NCBI GenBank assembly: GCA_024233115.1 | Contig: JACKQB010000004.1 | Span: forward strand, 196,923-260,922 | Origin: Akkermansiaceae bacterium | Lineage (GTDB): Bacteria > Verrucomicrobiota > Verrucomicrobiia > Verrucomicrobiales > Akkermansiaceae | Direction of reading: 5' to 3' | DNA length: 64,000 nucleotides | Part shown: positions 26,415 through 37,251 of the stretch, piece by piece | How positions within the stretch are numbered: the stretch's first letter is position 1 | How the letters are laid out: every line of letters starts with the position of its first letter | Translations under genes and position numbers: made by a program | The notes under the pieces: model-generated | What the model was told of the DNA's origin: nothing | Database searches by the model: none | Seen by the model: only the letters and a program-made list of their open reading frames with translations

Positions 26415-27560
26415 GTGAATAGTAGCTGCGCGGAAAGATCCCATGCGCTCTGGATATATGCACCTATCGCGTATGAGTCGGAGGTTCACCGTGGAATCTC
26501 TCGCTGTGCCAGCCAAACCGGTGCCAAGGTCACGGTGGTGTTGCCAAACACATTCCGCCATATTGATGTTTCCGGCGCGGTGGGGGTCATCAGCGCGTTA
26601 GAACCCCCGGGGCTTCTATCCGGACTCAATGCCTTTGTGCTGCAGTTGGGGGTGCCCGTCGTGGACCTCGGACTGAATGAACCCCAGCTATCACTTCCTA
26701 GGGTGCTGCTCGATTACAAGGCTGCGGGCAAGCTCGCCGCAGAGCAGTTCGTGGCACACGGTGTCCGCAATTTGCACTACATGGGATGGTGCGGTGGCCG
26801 ATGGCATGATGATCTGCGTATCGACGGCTATCAGCAGGCCGCACGGGCAGCAGGTCTGAAGGTTCATGTCACCGCCTTCGCCGATGCCGGGTCGCCTGTT
26901 TCCGAACATATCGACCGGGCACTGGCGCAGATGGCGCTGCCAGCCGGAGTGTTCTGTTCCTACGACCGGGTGGCTGCGGATGTGCTCAGGGCGGTGAAAA
27001 AGCGCGGCCTGAGGGTGCCCCAGGACGTGGAGCTCATCGGAGGGCAGCACAGCGAGGTTGATTCTGCCTATACCGACCCGCCATTGACGAGCATTGACCT
27101 GAATCTGGAGCAGCAAGGATTCACTGCTGCCGAGCTCTTACATGCCCTGGTATGCAAACACCCCCATACACCCGACCGCGTGGTGGTCCCTGGCATCAGC
27201 CTGGTGGAGCGCCATACAACCTACCGCGAGCAACCCGAGATGAGGGAGGCATTGCAATACATTGAAAGAAACCTCGGTACCGATCTCTCCCTGGATGACG
27301 TGTGTCGGGCCGCTGCCGCCTCCCGGTCCACATTACAGCGGCGCTTCAAACAATACCTGGGTCACGGCGTCATGACCGAGGTGAAGCTCCGGAGAGTCGA
27401 GAAAGCCAAAAGACTTCTGCTCCAGACCACATGGAGCGCCACGGAAATAGCCGGCAAGGTGGGCTACGAGACGGCGGCGCATTTTTACCGCACCTTCAAG
27501 GAAGTAGAAGGCATCAGCACAGGCCAGTTCCGCAAACGGTCACGCGAACAACAGTCCTAG
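26415..27560 (+). CDS. XylR-like transcriptional regulator (periplasmic-binding-protein-like sensor + AraC HTH)
   Basis: It has an N-terminal PBP/LacI-like fold and a C-terminal AraC HTH region ('LSLDDVCRAAAASRSTLQRRFK', 'ATEIAGKVGYETAAHFYRTFK'). The start is GTG. Confidence 0.8.
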   Translation: MNSSCAERSHALWIYAPIAYESEVHRGISRCASQTGAKVTVVLPNTFRHIDVSGAVGVISALEPPGLLSGLNAFVLQLGVPVVDLGLNEPQLSLPRVLLDYKAAGKLAAEQFVAHGVRNLHYMGWCGGRWHDDLRIDGYQQAARAAGLKVHVTAFADAGSPVSEHIDRALAQMALPAGVFCSYDRVAADVLRAVKKRGLRVPQDVELIGGQHSEVDSAYTDPPLTSIDLNLEQQGFTAAELLHALVCKHPHTPDRVVVPGISLVERHTTYREQPEMREALQYIERNLGTDLSLDDVCRAAAASRSTLQRRFKQYLGHGVMTEVKLRRVEKAKRLLLQTTWSATEIAGKVGYETAAHFYRTFKEVEGISTGQFRKRSREQQS

Positions 27561-27628
27561 CCCGCCCCTGACGCAACACGCCCCTGGAGGAGGCTCGCTT
27601 TAGCTGGTTTTGCCAGCAGCCCGACAAG

Positions 27629-30600
27629 CTACTCAGTCCACTCAGCGAGAGCCTCGGCCAGGGCCGCTGATTTTTTAACATGGAGGTTTTCACCGACCTC
27701 GATGGTCGCCCGTTTGCCGGTGCCGCTCTGGAGGTGGATCTCGACAGGAGTGTCACCGGGGTGCTGCCTGAGCACATCCCTGATCGCCTGAAGGTCCTTG
27801 TCATGATGACGGGCCACCCAGAGCGTGATCTGGACCGCGCCGTTGTTCGTGTTTTTCCGGGGCTTGAGCTCCTTGATCTGGGAGCCTGTCAGCCTGAGGG
27901 TCTCGGTCCGGTCATCGACTTGCACACTTGCCTGGAGCCGGATCACATTCCCGGACATCAGCAGATTCGCCTCACGGGCCGGGCTATAACTCTCCGACCA
28001 GCACAAGACCTCACAGCTCCCGGTAAAATCCTCGATATGGAGCACACCGAAGGGTTTTCCATTGCGGGTCACCTTGTGTTCGACGTGTTTGATCATGCCG
28101 GCGAAGGGGTAACGGGCACGCTTGTCCTTGGTGTCAAGTTCGTCAAGCAGGCCGATTTTCTCAAACCGGTCCGAGTCGATCACGCCACGGTACTTGTCAA
28201 GCGGGTGGCCGCTGGTGTAGCACCCTAACAGTTCTTTTTCATTGGCGAGTCTTTCATCCTTGCTCCACTCCTCGATTTCCCCGTTAGCGGTCGACTGCTC
28301 GGGATCGGGCGCGCCGCCGGCAAAATCCATGGTATCAAACAAGGACACCTGGCCTTGCGCGCGGTCGCGCTGGGCGGAGCTGGCGGAAGCCACCACTTGT
28401 TCAACGCGGGCAAACATTCCGGCGCGGGTTTCGCCGGTCCAGTCGAGCGCCCCGGCCCTGATCAGGTTTTCGAGAATACGCTTGTTGACGCTACGGGAGT
28501 CGAGTCGATTGGAAAAGTCATCCAGGCTTGCAAACGGTCCGTTTTCATTGCGTTCGGCGACGGCGGTGGCCATGGCACCTTCACCGACGTTTTTGATCGC
28601 GGCCAGCCCGTAGCGGATCGCCATTTTCCCGGACGGGGTTTCCTCGGGTGCGAAACGGAGCTGGGATTTGTTAATGTCCGGCGGCAGGATCTCGATATCC
28701 ATGCGGTGGCACTCCGATACGAAGATACCGAGTTTGTCGGTATTGTTCAGCTCGTTGGAGAGCAGGCCCGACATGAACTCGACCGGGTGGTTGGCCTTCA
28801 GGTAGGCGGTCCAGTAGGAAATGTGGCCGTAACAGGCGGAGTGGGATTTGTTAAACCCGTAGCCGGCGAACATCTCGATTTTATCGAAGAGTTTGTTGGC
28901 AAGCTCCGGCTCGATGTCATTGGTCTCCTTGGCTCCCTTGACGAAATTAACACGCTCTTTCGCCATCTTCCCCGGGTCTTTCTTACCCATCGCACGGCGC
29001 AACAGGTCGGCACCACCGAGTGTGTATCCAGCCAGCACCTTGGCGGCGTTCTGCACCTGCTCCTGATAGATCATCACGCCGTAGGTGTCGCTGCATATTT
29101 TTTCTAACAACGGATGCTCATACTGGATTTCACTCTTACCCTTTTTGACCTCGATCATTTGATCGATAAACTGCATGGCACCCGGTCGGTAGAGCGCGAG
29201 CAGGTCGATGATGTCGTCGATTTTATCGATGCCATACTTCCGGCAGGTTTCCACCATTCCGCCGGATTCCAGCTGGAACACCCCCATGGTTTCGCCGCGG
29301 TTCAGGAGTGCAAGCGTGGGTTTGTCTTCGAGGGAGACATTGTTGATATCAAAGTCGGGTGTGTGCTTCCTGATATGGTTGACCGCGTCCTGGATGACGG
29401 TCATGTTCTTCAGTCCGAGGAAGTCCATTTTCAACAGACCCAGCTCGGTGATGGCATTCATATCACACTGGGTGACCACCTCGCCCTCGTTTCCCCGGGT
29501 CAGGGCACAGTGGTCGTCGAGCGCACGGTCACCGATCACGACACCGGCGGCGTGGACACCGGTGTTCCGTTTCAGGCCTTCAAGTTTGAGGGCAAAGTTC
29601 CAGAGTTCCTGCCAGGTGGTGCTGTTCTGGATGATTTCGCGCAGCTCCTCTTTCTCATCGTACTCCTTCTGGAGTTTCACCTTGGGTTTGACCTCGATCA
29701 TCTTGGCCAGCATATCGGCGTCACTGTAGCTGATACCCATGACGCGGGAGACATCGCGGATGACACTCTTGGCACCGAGGGTTCCGTAGGTGATGATGTG
29801 GGAAACGGAGCGCTCGCCGTATTTCCGGCGGACGTATTCGATGACCTCGGGTCGGCGGGTCTGGCAGAAATCGATATCGACGTCGGGGGGACTCACCCGC
29901 TCCGGGTTGAGGAATCGCTCGAAGAGCAGGCCGAAGCGCATCGGGCAGATATCGGTGATGCCCATGGTGTAGGCGACGAGTGAGCCGGCCGCCGAGCCAC
30001 GGCCCGGCCCCACGGGGATGCCGTGGTCGCGTGCCCACTGGATGAAGTCGGCGGTGATCAGGAAGTAGGAGGCGAAACCGAGATCGTTGATGGTTTTGAT
30101 CTCGTAGTTGAGCCGGTCATCCAGGGTTTTCTGCATCACCTCGACGCTGACTCCTTCGGTTTCCGCGAGTTTTTCCAGTTTTCCATCGGCATAGCGGTGC
30201 GCCAGCCCCTCGAAGCAGACCCGGCGGAAATACTCCTCCCGCGGCGAGCCGTCGGGTGAGTCAAACTGGGGGTATTTGTCCGAACTGGTCGGGTCCAATA
30301 CCAGCTCGACATTACATTTTTCTGCAATCTCGAGGGTGTTGTCACACGCGCCTGGAAAATCAGCAAACAAGGCGCGCATTTCCTCAGCCGTTTTGAAGTA
30401 GTGGTCCTCGGGGTAGCGTTTCCTGTTTTCATCTAACAGAAGTCGTCCCTGGCCGATACAAATCAGCACATCCTGCGCCTCGGCATCCTCTTTGTGCAGG
30501 AAGTGGACGTCATTGGTGGCTACCATTTTCACGCCCAGCTCTTCGGAGAATGACTTTAACTGTGTGTTGATCTCCTGTTGGATTTCAAGGCTCTGGTCAT

Positions 30601-31129
30601 TGAGTTCGAGGTAGAGGTCTTCGGCGCCGAAGATATCGCGCAAGCCGATGATCTCCTTGCGCGCACCATCCACATCATGGGCATGCAGCCACTCGTTGAC
30701 CGCGCCGTTGACACAACCGCTCAGGCAGACCAGGCCTTCGGCAAACTTGGCGAGGTGTTCGCGGTCGACCCTTGGTTCGCCAAGGTAATCACCCTCGAGG
30801 TGGCCAATGGAGACGAGTTTGACGAGGTTTTCCCAGCCTGTCTTGTTTTTCGCCAGCAGTGTCAGGTGACTGGAGTTCTTCCTGCCGGGGACTTCTTTTT
30901 TATGATGGAGTGATGCCGGTGCCAGGTAGACTTCACAGCCCAGGATCGGTTTGACACCGGCATTGCGGGCATTCTGATAGAACTCGACGGCGGCGTATAG
31001 ATTACCGTGATCGGTCATCGCGACCGCAGGCATACCGAGCTCCGCAGCACGGGCTACGAGCTCCTTGGTACGGACGGTGGAATCAAGGGTGGAGTATTCC
31101 GTGTGGACGTGAAGGTGGACAAATGACAT
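27629..31129 (-). CDS. dnaE: DNA polymerase III subunit alpha
   Basis: The 1166-aa product has the PHP domain 'FVHLHVHTEYSTLDS', a palm/fingers region ('GRGSAAGSLVAYTMGIT', 'PDVDIDF') and a C-terminal OB fold. Confidence 0.95.
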   Translation of the reverse strand: MSFVHLHVHTEYSTLDSTVRTKELVARAAELGMPAVAMTDHGNLYAAVEFYQNARNAGVKPILGCEVYLAPASLHHKKEVPGRKNSSHLTLLAKNKTGWENLVKLVSIGHLEGDYLGEPRVDREHLAKFAEGLVCLSGCVNGAVNEWLHAHDVDGARKEIIGLRDIFGAEDLYLELNDQSLEIQQEINTQLKSFSEELGVKMVATNDVHFLHKEDAEAQDVLICIGQGRLLLDENRKRYPEDHYFKTAEEMRALFADFPGACDNTLEIAEKCNVELVLDPTSSDKYPQFDSPDGSPREEYFRRVCFEGLAHRYADGKLEKLAETEGVSVEVMQKTLDDRLNYEIKTINDLGFASYFLITADFIQWARDHGIPVGPGRGSAAGSLVAYTMGITDICPMRFGLLFERFLNPERVSPPDVDIDFCQTRRPEVIEYVRRKYGERSVSHIITYGTLGAKSVIRDVSRVMGISYSDADMLAKMIEVKPKVKLQKEYDEKEELREIIQNSTTWQELWNFALKLEGLKRNTGVHAAGVVIGDRALDDHCALTRGNEGEVVTQCDMNAITELGLLKMDFLGLKNMTVIQDAVNHIRKHTPDFDINNVSLEDKPTLALLNRGETMGVFQLESGGMVETCRKYGIDKIDDIIDLLALYRPGAMQFIDQMIEVKKGKSEIQYEHPLLEKICSDTYGVMIYQEQVQNAAKVLAGYTLGGADLLRRAMGKKDPGKMAKERVNFVKGAKETNDIEPELANKLFDKIEMFAGYGFNKSHSACYGHISYWTAYLKANHPVEFMSGLLSNELNNTDKLGIFVSECHRMDIEILPPDINKSQLRFAPEETPSGKMAIRYGLAAIKNVGEGAMATAVAERNENGPFASLDDFSNRLDSRSVNKRILENLIRAGALDWTGETRAGMFARVEQVVASASSAQRDRAQGQVSLFDTMDFAGGAPDPEQSTANGEIEEWSKDERLANEKELLGCYTSGHPLDKYRGVIDSDRFEKIGLLDELDTKDKRARYPFAGMIKHVEHKVTRNGKPFGVLHIEDFTGSCEVLCWSESYSPAREANLLMSGNVIRLQASVQVDDRTETLRLTGSQIKELKPRKNTNNGAVQITLWVARHHDKDLQAIRDVLRQHPGDTPVEIHLQSGTGKRATIEVGENLHVKKSAALAEALAEWTE

Positions 31130-31418
31130 CGGGCTGCGCCAGCATAGGGAGACGTGGCGCGGCTTGGCAATGCGTGAGTGAGATCCGGGGATATTATTTT
31201 CCGCCCCACGTAAATAAGGATTCTACGTAGGGATAGATCTAGAGTGGACTCGTAATGTAGACCACGGATTGCGCGGATCCCGCAGCTGCGGGACTGATTG
31301 CACATCCTCCGCATTCAGGATGGTGAATTCTCAACCTAAGCTCAGTTTAAAATCTGCGTAATCAGCGGTAGAATCAATTGTTTCTCAAAACCACTCTCCC
31401 ATTATGAGCGCCGGATGA

Positions 31419-32597
31419 TTACAAATCCTCCCGGTTCCGCTCGGGCGTACACCAGTCGGTGTTCCAGAAACGGTGCATTTCCTCGGCGCTGGGGATCTTG
31501 ACAGGCCGCACGATGCGGAAGCCGACGTGTTGGCTATCGGTGTGATACCAGACACTTTTGGGGATCTGCGGGTCTTTGCTCTTCCAGCCTTTGTCCGACG
31601 GCATGCGTGCGGCACTCCGGGTGGTGGCCGGGGAATCGTCCCAGCTGCCACCGCGGACCACACGTGGATAGCGGGTGGTGGGCACGTTCCATGGGTTGAT
31701 GGCGCCCTCTTTGATCTGCTGGTAAAAATCCGTGCTGTATTGATCGAGCACCCACTCGGCGACGTTGCCGTGCATATCGTGGAAACCCCACGGATTGGGC
31801 TCCTTGAGGCCCACTTCCTGGTAGGTGAAATTCGAGTTGTCCTCATACCAGGCGTAATCGCCCAGCTTCTCCTCATCGTCACCAAACGACCAGCGGGTGG
31901 TGGTGCCGGCGCGGCAGGCGTATTCCCATTCGGCTTCGGTGGGGAGCCGGTAAAAATGACCCGTTTGCGCGCTGAGCCACTGACAGAACATGCTGGCGGC
32001 GTGGTGGGTCATATCCATCGCTGGATGATCACCATCATTGACAAAGGCGTTATTCAAAAACATGTCATGGTACTGCGGAGTCGGCTGGCAGACGATGGTG
32101 GCGAGATCCTCCTTGCCGGTGGGGTTCATCAACGTGCCGTCCTTCTCGCGCGCCACGCCATTTTGATAGAACGGCGTATAGAACTTCCAGCTGATCTCGT
32201 GTTTGGACATCCAGAACGGCTCGATTTTGACCTTTTTCTGCGGCCCCTCGTCGGCGTTGCGCTCCTCCTCGTCCTCCGGTGAGCCGAGTAGGAACTCACC
32301 ACCTGCCACCGGCAACATCGCGAGCTTGGCACCACCCGCCTTGGGAACAAGTTCGGTATAGGCGTCCAGGCTTGTTTGGGCTTGGGAGTTTTTGACAACC
32401 AATGCGTGCACCTTTTTGGTCACCTCGAAGTACTTCGGTGCCGGGATATCGACCGCGGCAGGTTTTGCCTCCTCGGCACACAGCGATGTGGCCATAAACG
32501 ACAAGATCAGTCCGGCTGTCCTAACGGGCATGGTGGCTGCTGGTGAGTTGTGGGACATAGTGAAAATGAGTAGGTTCTTGCGGTAGGTTTGATGCAC
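31419..32597 (-). CDS. Formylglycine-generating enzyme family protein (SUMF1/FGE-sulfatase domain)
   Basis: It has a signal peptide plus 'YRLPTEAEWEYACRAGT', 'NPWGFHDMHGNVAEWV', 'RVVRGGSW' and 'GFRIVR'. Confidence 0.8.
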   Translation of the reverse strand: MHQTYRKNLLIFTMSHNSPAATMPVRTAGLILSFMATSLCAEEAKPAAVDIPAPKYFEVTKKVHALVVKNSQAQTSLDAYTELVPKAGGAKLAMLPVAGGEFLLGSPEDEEERNADEGPQKKVKIEPFWMSKHEISWKFYTPFYQNGVAREKDGTLMNPTGKEDLATIVCQPTPQYHDMFLNNAFVNDGDHPAMDMTHHAASMFCQWLSAQTGHFYRLPTEAEWEYACRAGTTTRWSFGDDEEKLGDYAWYEDNSNFTYQEVGLKEPNPWGFHDMHGNVAEWVLDQYSTDFYQQIKEGAINPWNVPTTRYPRVVRGGSWDDSPATTRSAARMPSDKGWKSKDPQIPKSVWYHTDSQHVGFRIVRPVKIPSAEEMHRFWNTDWCTPERNREDL

Positions 32598-32804
32598 CGT
32601 AAATACCGTTGCGAGCTAGTATTCTTTCAGAAAATGGACGCCTAAACCGCTCAAAACCAGTGCATATTCCGCCATCGACCGGTGGAGGATTTTTTAAACA
32701 AAACATTAAACCTTAGCGATGTTTTAACCTTCCTAGATTGACAACGCAAGCTGAGTTGCTAGAATGTGCGCCCGGAATAGCGACCGGAAACAACCCAGAC
32801 AGGA

Positions 32805-34427
32805 TTGATGCAAAACCCCGAAATGATCACCTTTCATTGCCCGAGTTGCGGCATGAAACTCCAAGTCCCGGCCCAGATGGCGGGGGTAAGCGGACCCTGC
32901 CCGGAATGCTCCGCCACCATCACGGCACCTACCCCCGGTGCTCCGGCTGCCCCTGTCTCGACTTTTCCCACGGCACCCGTCCCCCAACATGCTCAGCAGC
33001 AGCCTGTTCCGCAAGGTATGCCACAGGGTGCAGCCGTGCAATCAGCCCAGGCCGCCCAGATGGCCCAGCCCAGCAGGCCCGCGGCACCCAATCCACTTCA
33101 GCCGAACTCGACCAACCAAGCCCGCGAGGCGATGGCAAGGCAACCTGATCGCCAGGCGGCCCATGCCCCACCAAGGGAGCGTATGATGCCCCGGGCGGAA
33201 CAGCCCAGACCCAGGGCTCGCTGGATGCGGGTGATTTTCCCCCTGGCTTTCCTGATCGTTGCCACCGCCCTCGTCCTGGCTGTGCTCCAGGCCGTAGGGA
33301 TCTTTAACGTATGGGACTTCAATAACAACAAAGGTGAACTCATCAGCACGAAACCCAACGGAGAGCGCCCGGGTGACACCGTAGGCGGAACCGGCCGGGC
33401 AGGAGAAACGAAGGATGGAAGTGGCGGCGGAAGCCGTGGCGGCAGTGCCGACAACCCGGCAGCTAAGACCGGCACAGGCGAAGGCGCCACCACACCATCC
33501 GTCCCGGTGATGAAGGATACCCACGAAGATGGAGAGTTTCCTGAGCTTCAACTTCCACCATCACCTACAGATGGCCCTGGCACAGACACCGGCAAAGGAT
33601 CAACGGATACTACCGGAGGGGGTGCAGGTATCGACACCGCTTTGGACCCGCCCGGCGAGCCAGCTCCTCCCGCCAATCCATCCGACAGCCCACCGATCCC
33701 GTCCACAGCCGATACAACCCCTGCGGGCACCAACGAGGACAGCAACCCATCAAGCCCGCCCAAAGCGGGCTTTCTTGCCAACCAGAATCTCAAATTATTC
33801 CTGGATGCGACAACACTCGACGAGAGGATGGCGCTGATGTCCAAAAGCAAACACAGCCGTGAAACCCTGATGGCCAGCTGCCTCGCCGGCCCGCTCAAAC
33901 CCGTCAAATCCATCCGCATGGTGGAAATGGTGCCCAGAATGGAAGATAACATGACCCAGTATCTCTATTTTGTCAGCTTTGAGGACCCGGATGAAGACCA
34001 GCAGCGACACCGCATTGTGATGCAAGTCGTTGAGCGCCCCGGCATCCATCCACCCAGGATCCATGGGGACGCCTTTATCGAGCACTACGAAAAAAAATTC
34101 ACCAGGTATGCCAAGCACCCTAACAACGAGGTCACCACATTCCACTGTATCGCTGAAGCACGCACCGCCGACCTGGCCCGGGATATCCCCAAGGAGCTGA
34201 AAGCCAACATGGTCAGGCTCGTCATCAAGAGCCACCCGTCCGGTGCCTCCATCTTTGATGCCTACCTGAATAAAAACTCGCCCCTGATGGAAAAAATAGG
34301 GTCGCGCAAGGACTTTCCCTACACCGAGCCCCGCTTCTGCGTGCTGTCTTTCCGGTGGAACACCACCGACCCCAACCACCCATACATCGAGCTGAACGAT
34401 ATCATCAGCCAAGGGTGGGAACACTAG
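32805..34427 (+). CDS. Zinc-ribbon / Pro-rich / single-TM protein with a conserved-looking C-terminal domain (hypothetical)
   Basis: It has an N-terminal 'FHCPSCGMKLQVPAQMAGVSGPCPECSATI', long P/A/Q- and G/T/P-rich tracts, the TM helix 'VIFPLAFLIVATALVLAVL', and a globular C-terminal region of about 210 aa. Confidence 0.55.
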   Translation: MMQNPEMITFHCPSCGMKLQVPAQMAGVSGPCPECSATITAPTPGAPAAPVSTFPTAPVPQHAQQQPVPQGMPQGAAVQSAQAAQMAQPSRPAAPNPLQPNSTNQAREAMARQPDRQAAHAPPRERMMPRAEQPRPRARWMRVIFPLAFLIVATALVLAVLQAVGIFNVWDFNNNKGELISTKPNGERPGDTVGGTGRAGETKDGSGGGSRGGSADNPAAKTGTGEGATTPSVPVMKDTHEDGEFPELQLPPSPTDGPGTDTGKGSTDTTGGGAGIDTALDPPGEPAPPANPSDSPPIPSTADTTPAGTNEDSNPSSPPKAGFLANQNLKLFLDATTLDERMALMSKSKHSRETLMASCLAGPLKPVKSIRMVEMVPRMEDNMTQYLYFVSFEDPDEDQQRHRIVMQVVERPGIHPPRIHGDAFIEHYEKKFTRYAKHPNNEVTTFHCIAEARTADLARDIPKELKANMVRLVIKSHPSGASIFDAYLNKNSPLMEKIGSRKDFPYTEPRFCVLSFRWNTTDPNHPYIELNDIISQGWEH

Positions 34428-34676
34428 CGTCCTGCACGTTTTTGATGGACGCGATGAGCCCCCTCCGGATGCCGGGCGTCCCGGCCCGGTCTCATGGCGG
34501 CCCCCTGTGATCGTTGCACCCCGCACCCGCCATCATGCAGGCGGTAAAATCAGCGGTGTGTCTCAATTGACACGTATGAAGGAACGGCTGGCATGGCACA
34601 TGCTTAGACCCGAGTTGATTGATCCGTCGACATCCCATGGATCCATTCACTCTTACTGAACGAACAAGCATCAGCC

Positions 34677-35216
34677 ATGAAAGCCCACCCTAACTACAGA
34701 AAAGAAAAAACACCAGGTTTTGCGTTGCGAGAAATGATCACCTCACTCGTCATTATCATCCCCCTCGCCTCGATTGCCATTCCCACCTTTAACTACATCC
34801 AAAAAGCAAGCAGGGAAAACAAAACCCTCGTTCTTGTCAGGCTCATTTCCCATGGACTGGAGGATTACCGCCGTGATTACGGAACCTATCCTGTTGCTGA
34901 CGGCAAGGCGGGCAGTAGTGGGGAACTCTACATCGCCCTCTACGGGGATGCGGACGGCGATGGCTATGTTGATAACGAAACGAATAACTACCTCCCGTCA
35001 CTCAACCCTCATTCAGCTAAAAGCAAGACGCCAACCCGTGCATCCAACGAGGGTTACCTCATCACCGACAGCTGGAACAACGAGATTTACTATCGCAGCC
35101 CGGGATTAATCAACCCTCGTGACGACTTCGACCTTTGGTCACTGGGGGTCGATGCCAAAGGCGGGCCGGAATCAAACAACCGGAATGCCACGTCCAACGA
35201 CATCTGCAACTGGTAG
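34677..35216 (+). CDS. Type II secretion GspG-like pseudopilin
   Basis: It has a prepilin-like N-terminus 'GFALREMITSLVIIIPLASIAIP' (Glu at +5). The C-terminal 'DSWNNEIYYRSPG...DFDLWSLGVDAKGG' resembles a T2SS_G domain. Confidence 0.7.
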   Translation: MKAHPNYRKEKTPGFALREMITSLVIIIPLASIAIPTFNYIQKASRENKTLVLVRLISHGLEDYRRDYGTYPVADGKAGSSGELYIALYGDADGDGYVDNETNNYLPSLNPHSAKSKTPTRASNEGYLITDSWNNEIYYRSPGLINPRDDFDLWSLGVDAKGGPESNNRNATSNDICNW

Positions 35217-35254
35217 AAACCACCTGCCACCCCACACTGTCGGCTAACAGGAAT

Positions 35255-36076
35255 CTAGGGCGCGGGAGGGGTTGCAGCCTCCTCCGCCTGCCTCTTGATA
35301 CAGACAAACGCCATCTGTCGCTGGTAACGCGGGATCGATGAATCCGTTGACAGCTTGATCATACCGAAGGCAGGCAGGGACACATCCTTGGGGCTTACCA
35401 CCAGCTCATACTCCCATCCATCGCGGATGGTTTTGAGTTCATAGGAAAAATTGTCGTTGGTGCCCGAGTGATTGAGGATACGGATCGGCTGGCTGTTGTT
35501 GACCTTGAGCTTCACCACTTTGGCCTGTTTGCCGCCATTCTGATCCCAGAACACAGTCTTCGGCGTCACCTCGAACAACACCGGGATCGTCAGCGCCACC
35601 GTCAGCACGGAGGATGGCGTTTCCTCCCCGTCTTCAGCCGTCCAGAGAAGCACGGTTTTCTCCACCAGGCCGGAGAAGGAGCCGAGTGCAAAATCGACTT
35701 TCAGCTCACCCTTCTCACCGGGTTTGTATTCCAGCTTGCCGCCCTTGACCTTGGCACTGAGACAGGAGCAGGCGGAGTCATAACGCGCGATGGTGATGGT
35801 GCGATCCGTTTTGTTTTCGAAGGTGTATGGCACGGTGACCTGTTTGGCATCCGGGGCTGCCGTGATCTCGATACGGGTTTTTTCGAATGTCAGTCCGGCG
35901 CGCGCAGGTTCCGCTGCCGGCGCCCCGGCCTTTTCACCACCGGCATCCGCCACCTCGGCCTGAAGCCGCTTGGTCTGGTCGACGGGCGGGGTGGCACGGA
36001 CCTCCTGGTTTGAAATCAAGACAGAGCCAGCAATGAGGGTAACCAGCAGGACTGCGAGAGCTATGAGTGGGCGCAT
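35255..36076 (-). CDS. DUF1573 domain-containing protein
   Basis: It has a signal/TM anchor and 'VPYTFENKTDRTITIARYDSACSCLSA', which is typical of DUF1573. I chose the ATG at 36076, which overlaps the upstream stop by 1 nt (TAATG). Confidence 0.7.
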   Translation of the reverse strand: MRPLIALAVLLVTLIAGSVLISNQEVRATPPVDQTKRLQAEVADAGGEKAGAPAAEPARAGLTFEKTRIEITAAPDAKQVTVPYTFENKTDRTITIARYDSACSCLSAKVKGGKLEYKPGEKGELKVDFALGSFSGLVEKTVLLWTAEDGEETPSSVLTVALTIPVLFEVTPKTVFWDQNGGKQAKVVKLKVNNSQPIRILNHSGTNDNFSYELKTIRDGWEYELVVSPKDVSLPAFGMIKLSTDSSIPRYQRQMAFVCIKRQAEEAATPPAP

Positions 36077-36597
36077 TATTCTTTCAGTGAGATTTGAATG
36101 AGTTCGACGGCGATGATCAGCGTGCCTCCACGCCATTTAGGGCCAAGGATCAACAGGGGGCGGCCCTTTTGCAGGACGGGATCGCTTTTCATCACTTTAC
36201 GGCGGTGTTGCCAGAACTCAAGGTCGAGTCGCAGACCACCATCAGAGGAACGTCCGCGCGACTCAAAACTTAGTAATATTTCCTCCGATGGCTTCAGCGG
36301 CGTCAGCCAGTTTTCATAACTCCGGTAAACGGGTTGCGTATCGGTGCCGAGCTTGCGGTAGTGTTTGAAGCTCATTTTGTCCACACTCCGCAATCGGTTG
36401 GCGGTGGCATCGGCGACGGCCGGCAGCTTGTCACCCAAGGTTGCAGGATCGGCATCCGTGCCGATAAAAAGCGTGGCCCTGATCTTGCCGACCACCTCCT
36501 TCCCCCTGTCAACCCCTCCCTCATCGGCGCGGGCAGAAACGGCCAGTAGAGCAACGTGCAGACAGAGGACAGTGAGCAGGCCGGGTATCTTGTTCAT
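36076..36597 (-). CDS. Hypothetical secreted protein
   Basis: It has a signal peptide 'LLTVLCLHVALLAVSARA'. It lies in an operon with the ECF sigma and anti-sigma genes. Confidence 0.5.
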   Translation of the reverse strand: MNKIPGLLTVLCLHVALLAVSARADEGGVDRGKEVVGKIRATLFIGTDADPATLGDKLPAVADATANRLRSVDKMSFKHYRKLGTDTQPVYRSYENWLTPLKPSEEILLSFESRGRSSDGGLRLDLEFWQHRRKVMKSDPVLQKGRPLLILGPKWRGGTLIIAVELIQISLKE

Positions 36598-36630
36598 CTT
36601 GGTTTACGCTTGGTTGGTCGGGGTGGAAAA

Positions 36631-37215
36631 TCAGAAGACCATCTCGCTGTTCACCATCACAGCACCGGCTTGACCCGGTTTTCCCCGTGTGGGCTCACCC
36701 ACCATTTCCAAGTCGTCGGGGATATCCTCGAGGCCCTCCAGGACGATGACAGTGGCGCCGGCATCGTCGGACTTGAACATATCGGCACTCACATCACCGT
36801 CCGGGGTATAGACCGTGGGTGCTGCGGCAACGGTGTAGACGGGAGAAGCCGGCGTAGGATTTTCACCCACTTGGGTGCCCACGTAAAAACAAAGCGCCAT
36901 CGCGGCCGCCGTCACAGGAAGGGCAAGCCACCTGCCAAAGTTCTGCCAAACTCCGGCTTTCCGGGGCGCCACGGTAACAGGCGGCTCATCGTCAATGTGA
37001 CGGAGAATCCTCTGGTTAAAAAAATCGGCGTAGGGTGGCTCGACGCTGGAGGGAATGCTCGCCTTGATACGGGCGCTGATCGCCTGGACGGCGTCGCGCT
37101 CGGCCAGGATTTCCGGGTGTTCCTGGGCCCATGCTTCGATCCGGGTGAGTTCATCACCTTCCAGCTCACCGTCCATCCAGAGGGTGAGTGTGGTTTCATC
37201 GGGTTGTTTTTTCAT
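36631..37215 (-). CDS. Anti-sigma factor (single-pass membrane protein)
   Basis: It has an N-terminal 'LTLWMDGELEGDELTRIEAWAQEHPE' and a central TM helix 'WLALPVTAAAMALCFYVG'. It sits directly downstream of the ECF sigma gene. Confidence 0.65.
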   Translation of the reverse strand: MKKQPDETTLTLWMDGELEGDELTRIEAWAQEHPEILAERDAVQAISARIKASIPSSVEPPYADFFNQRILRHIDDEPPVTVAPRKAGVWQNFGRWLALPVTAAAMALCFYVGTQVGENPTPASPVYTVAAAPTVYTPDGDVSADMFKSDDAGATVIVLEGLEDIPDDLEMVGEPTRGKPGQAGAVMVNSEMVF

Positions 37216-37251
37216 GGCATTCGTTGGTTTTTTGAGTTCTAAATTGGGAGT

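Noticed and set aside
31278-31293. 16-nt perfect palindrome 'tcccgcagctgcggga' in the 290-bp gap downstream of the FGE-family gene and upstream of dnaE.
   Set aside because: It is most simply a transcription-terminating hairpin or a protein-binding site. It has no U-tract and no second copy in the window, so nothing supports a more specific call.
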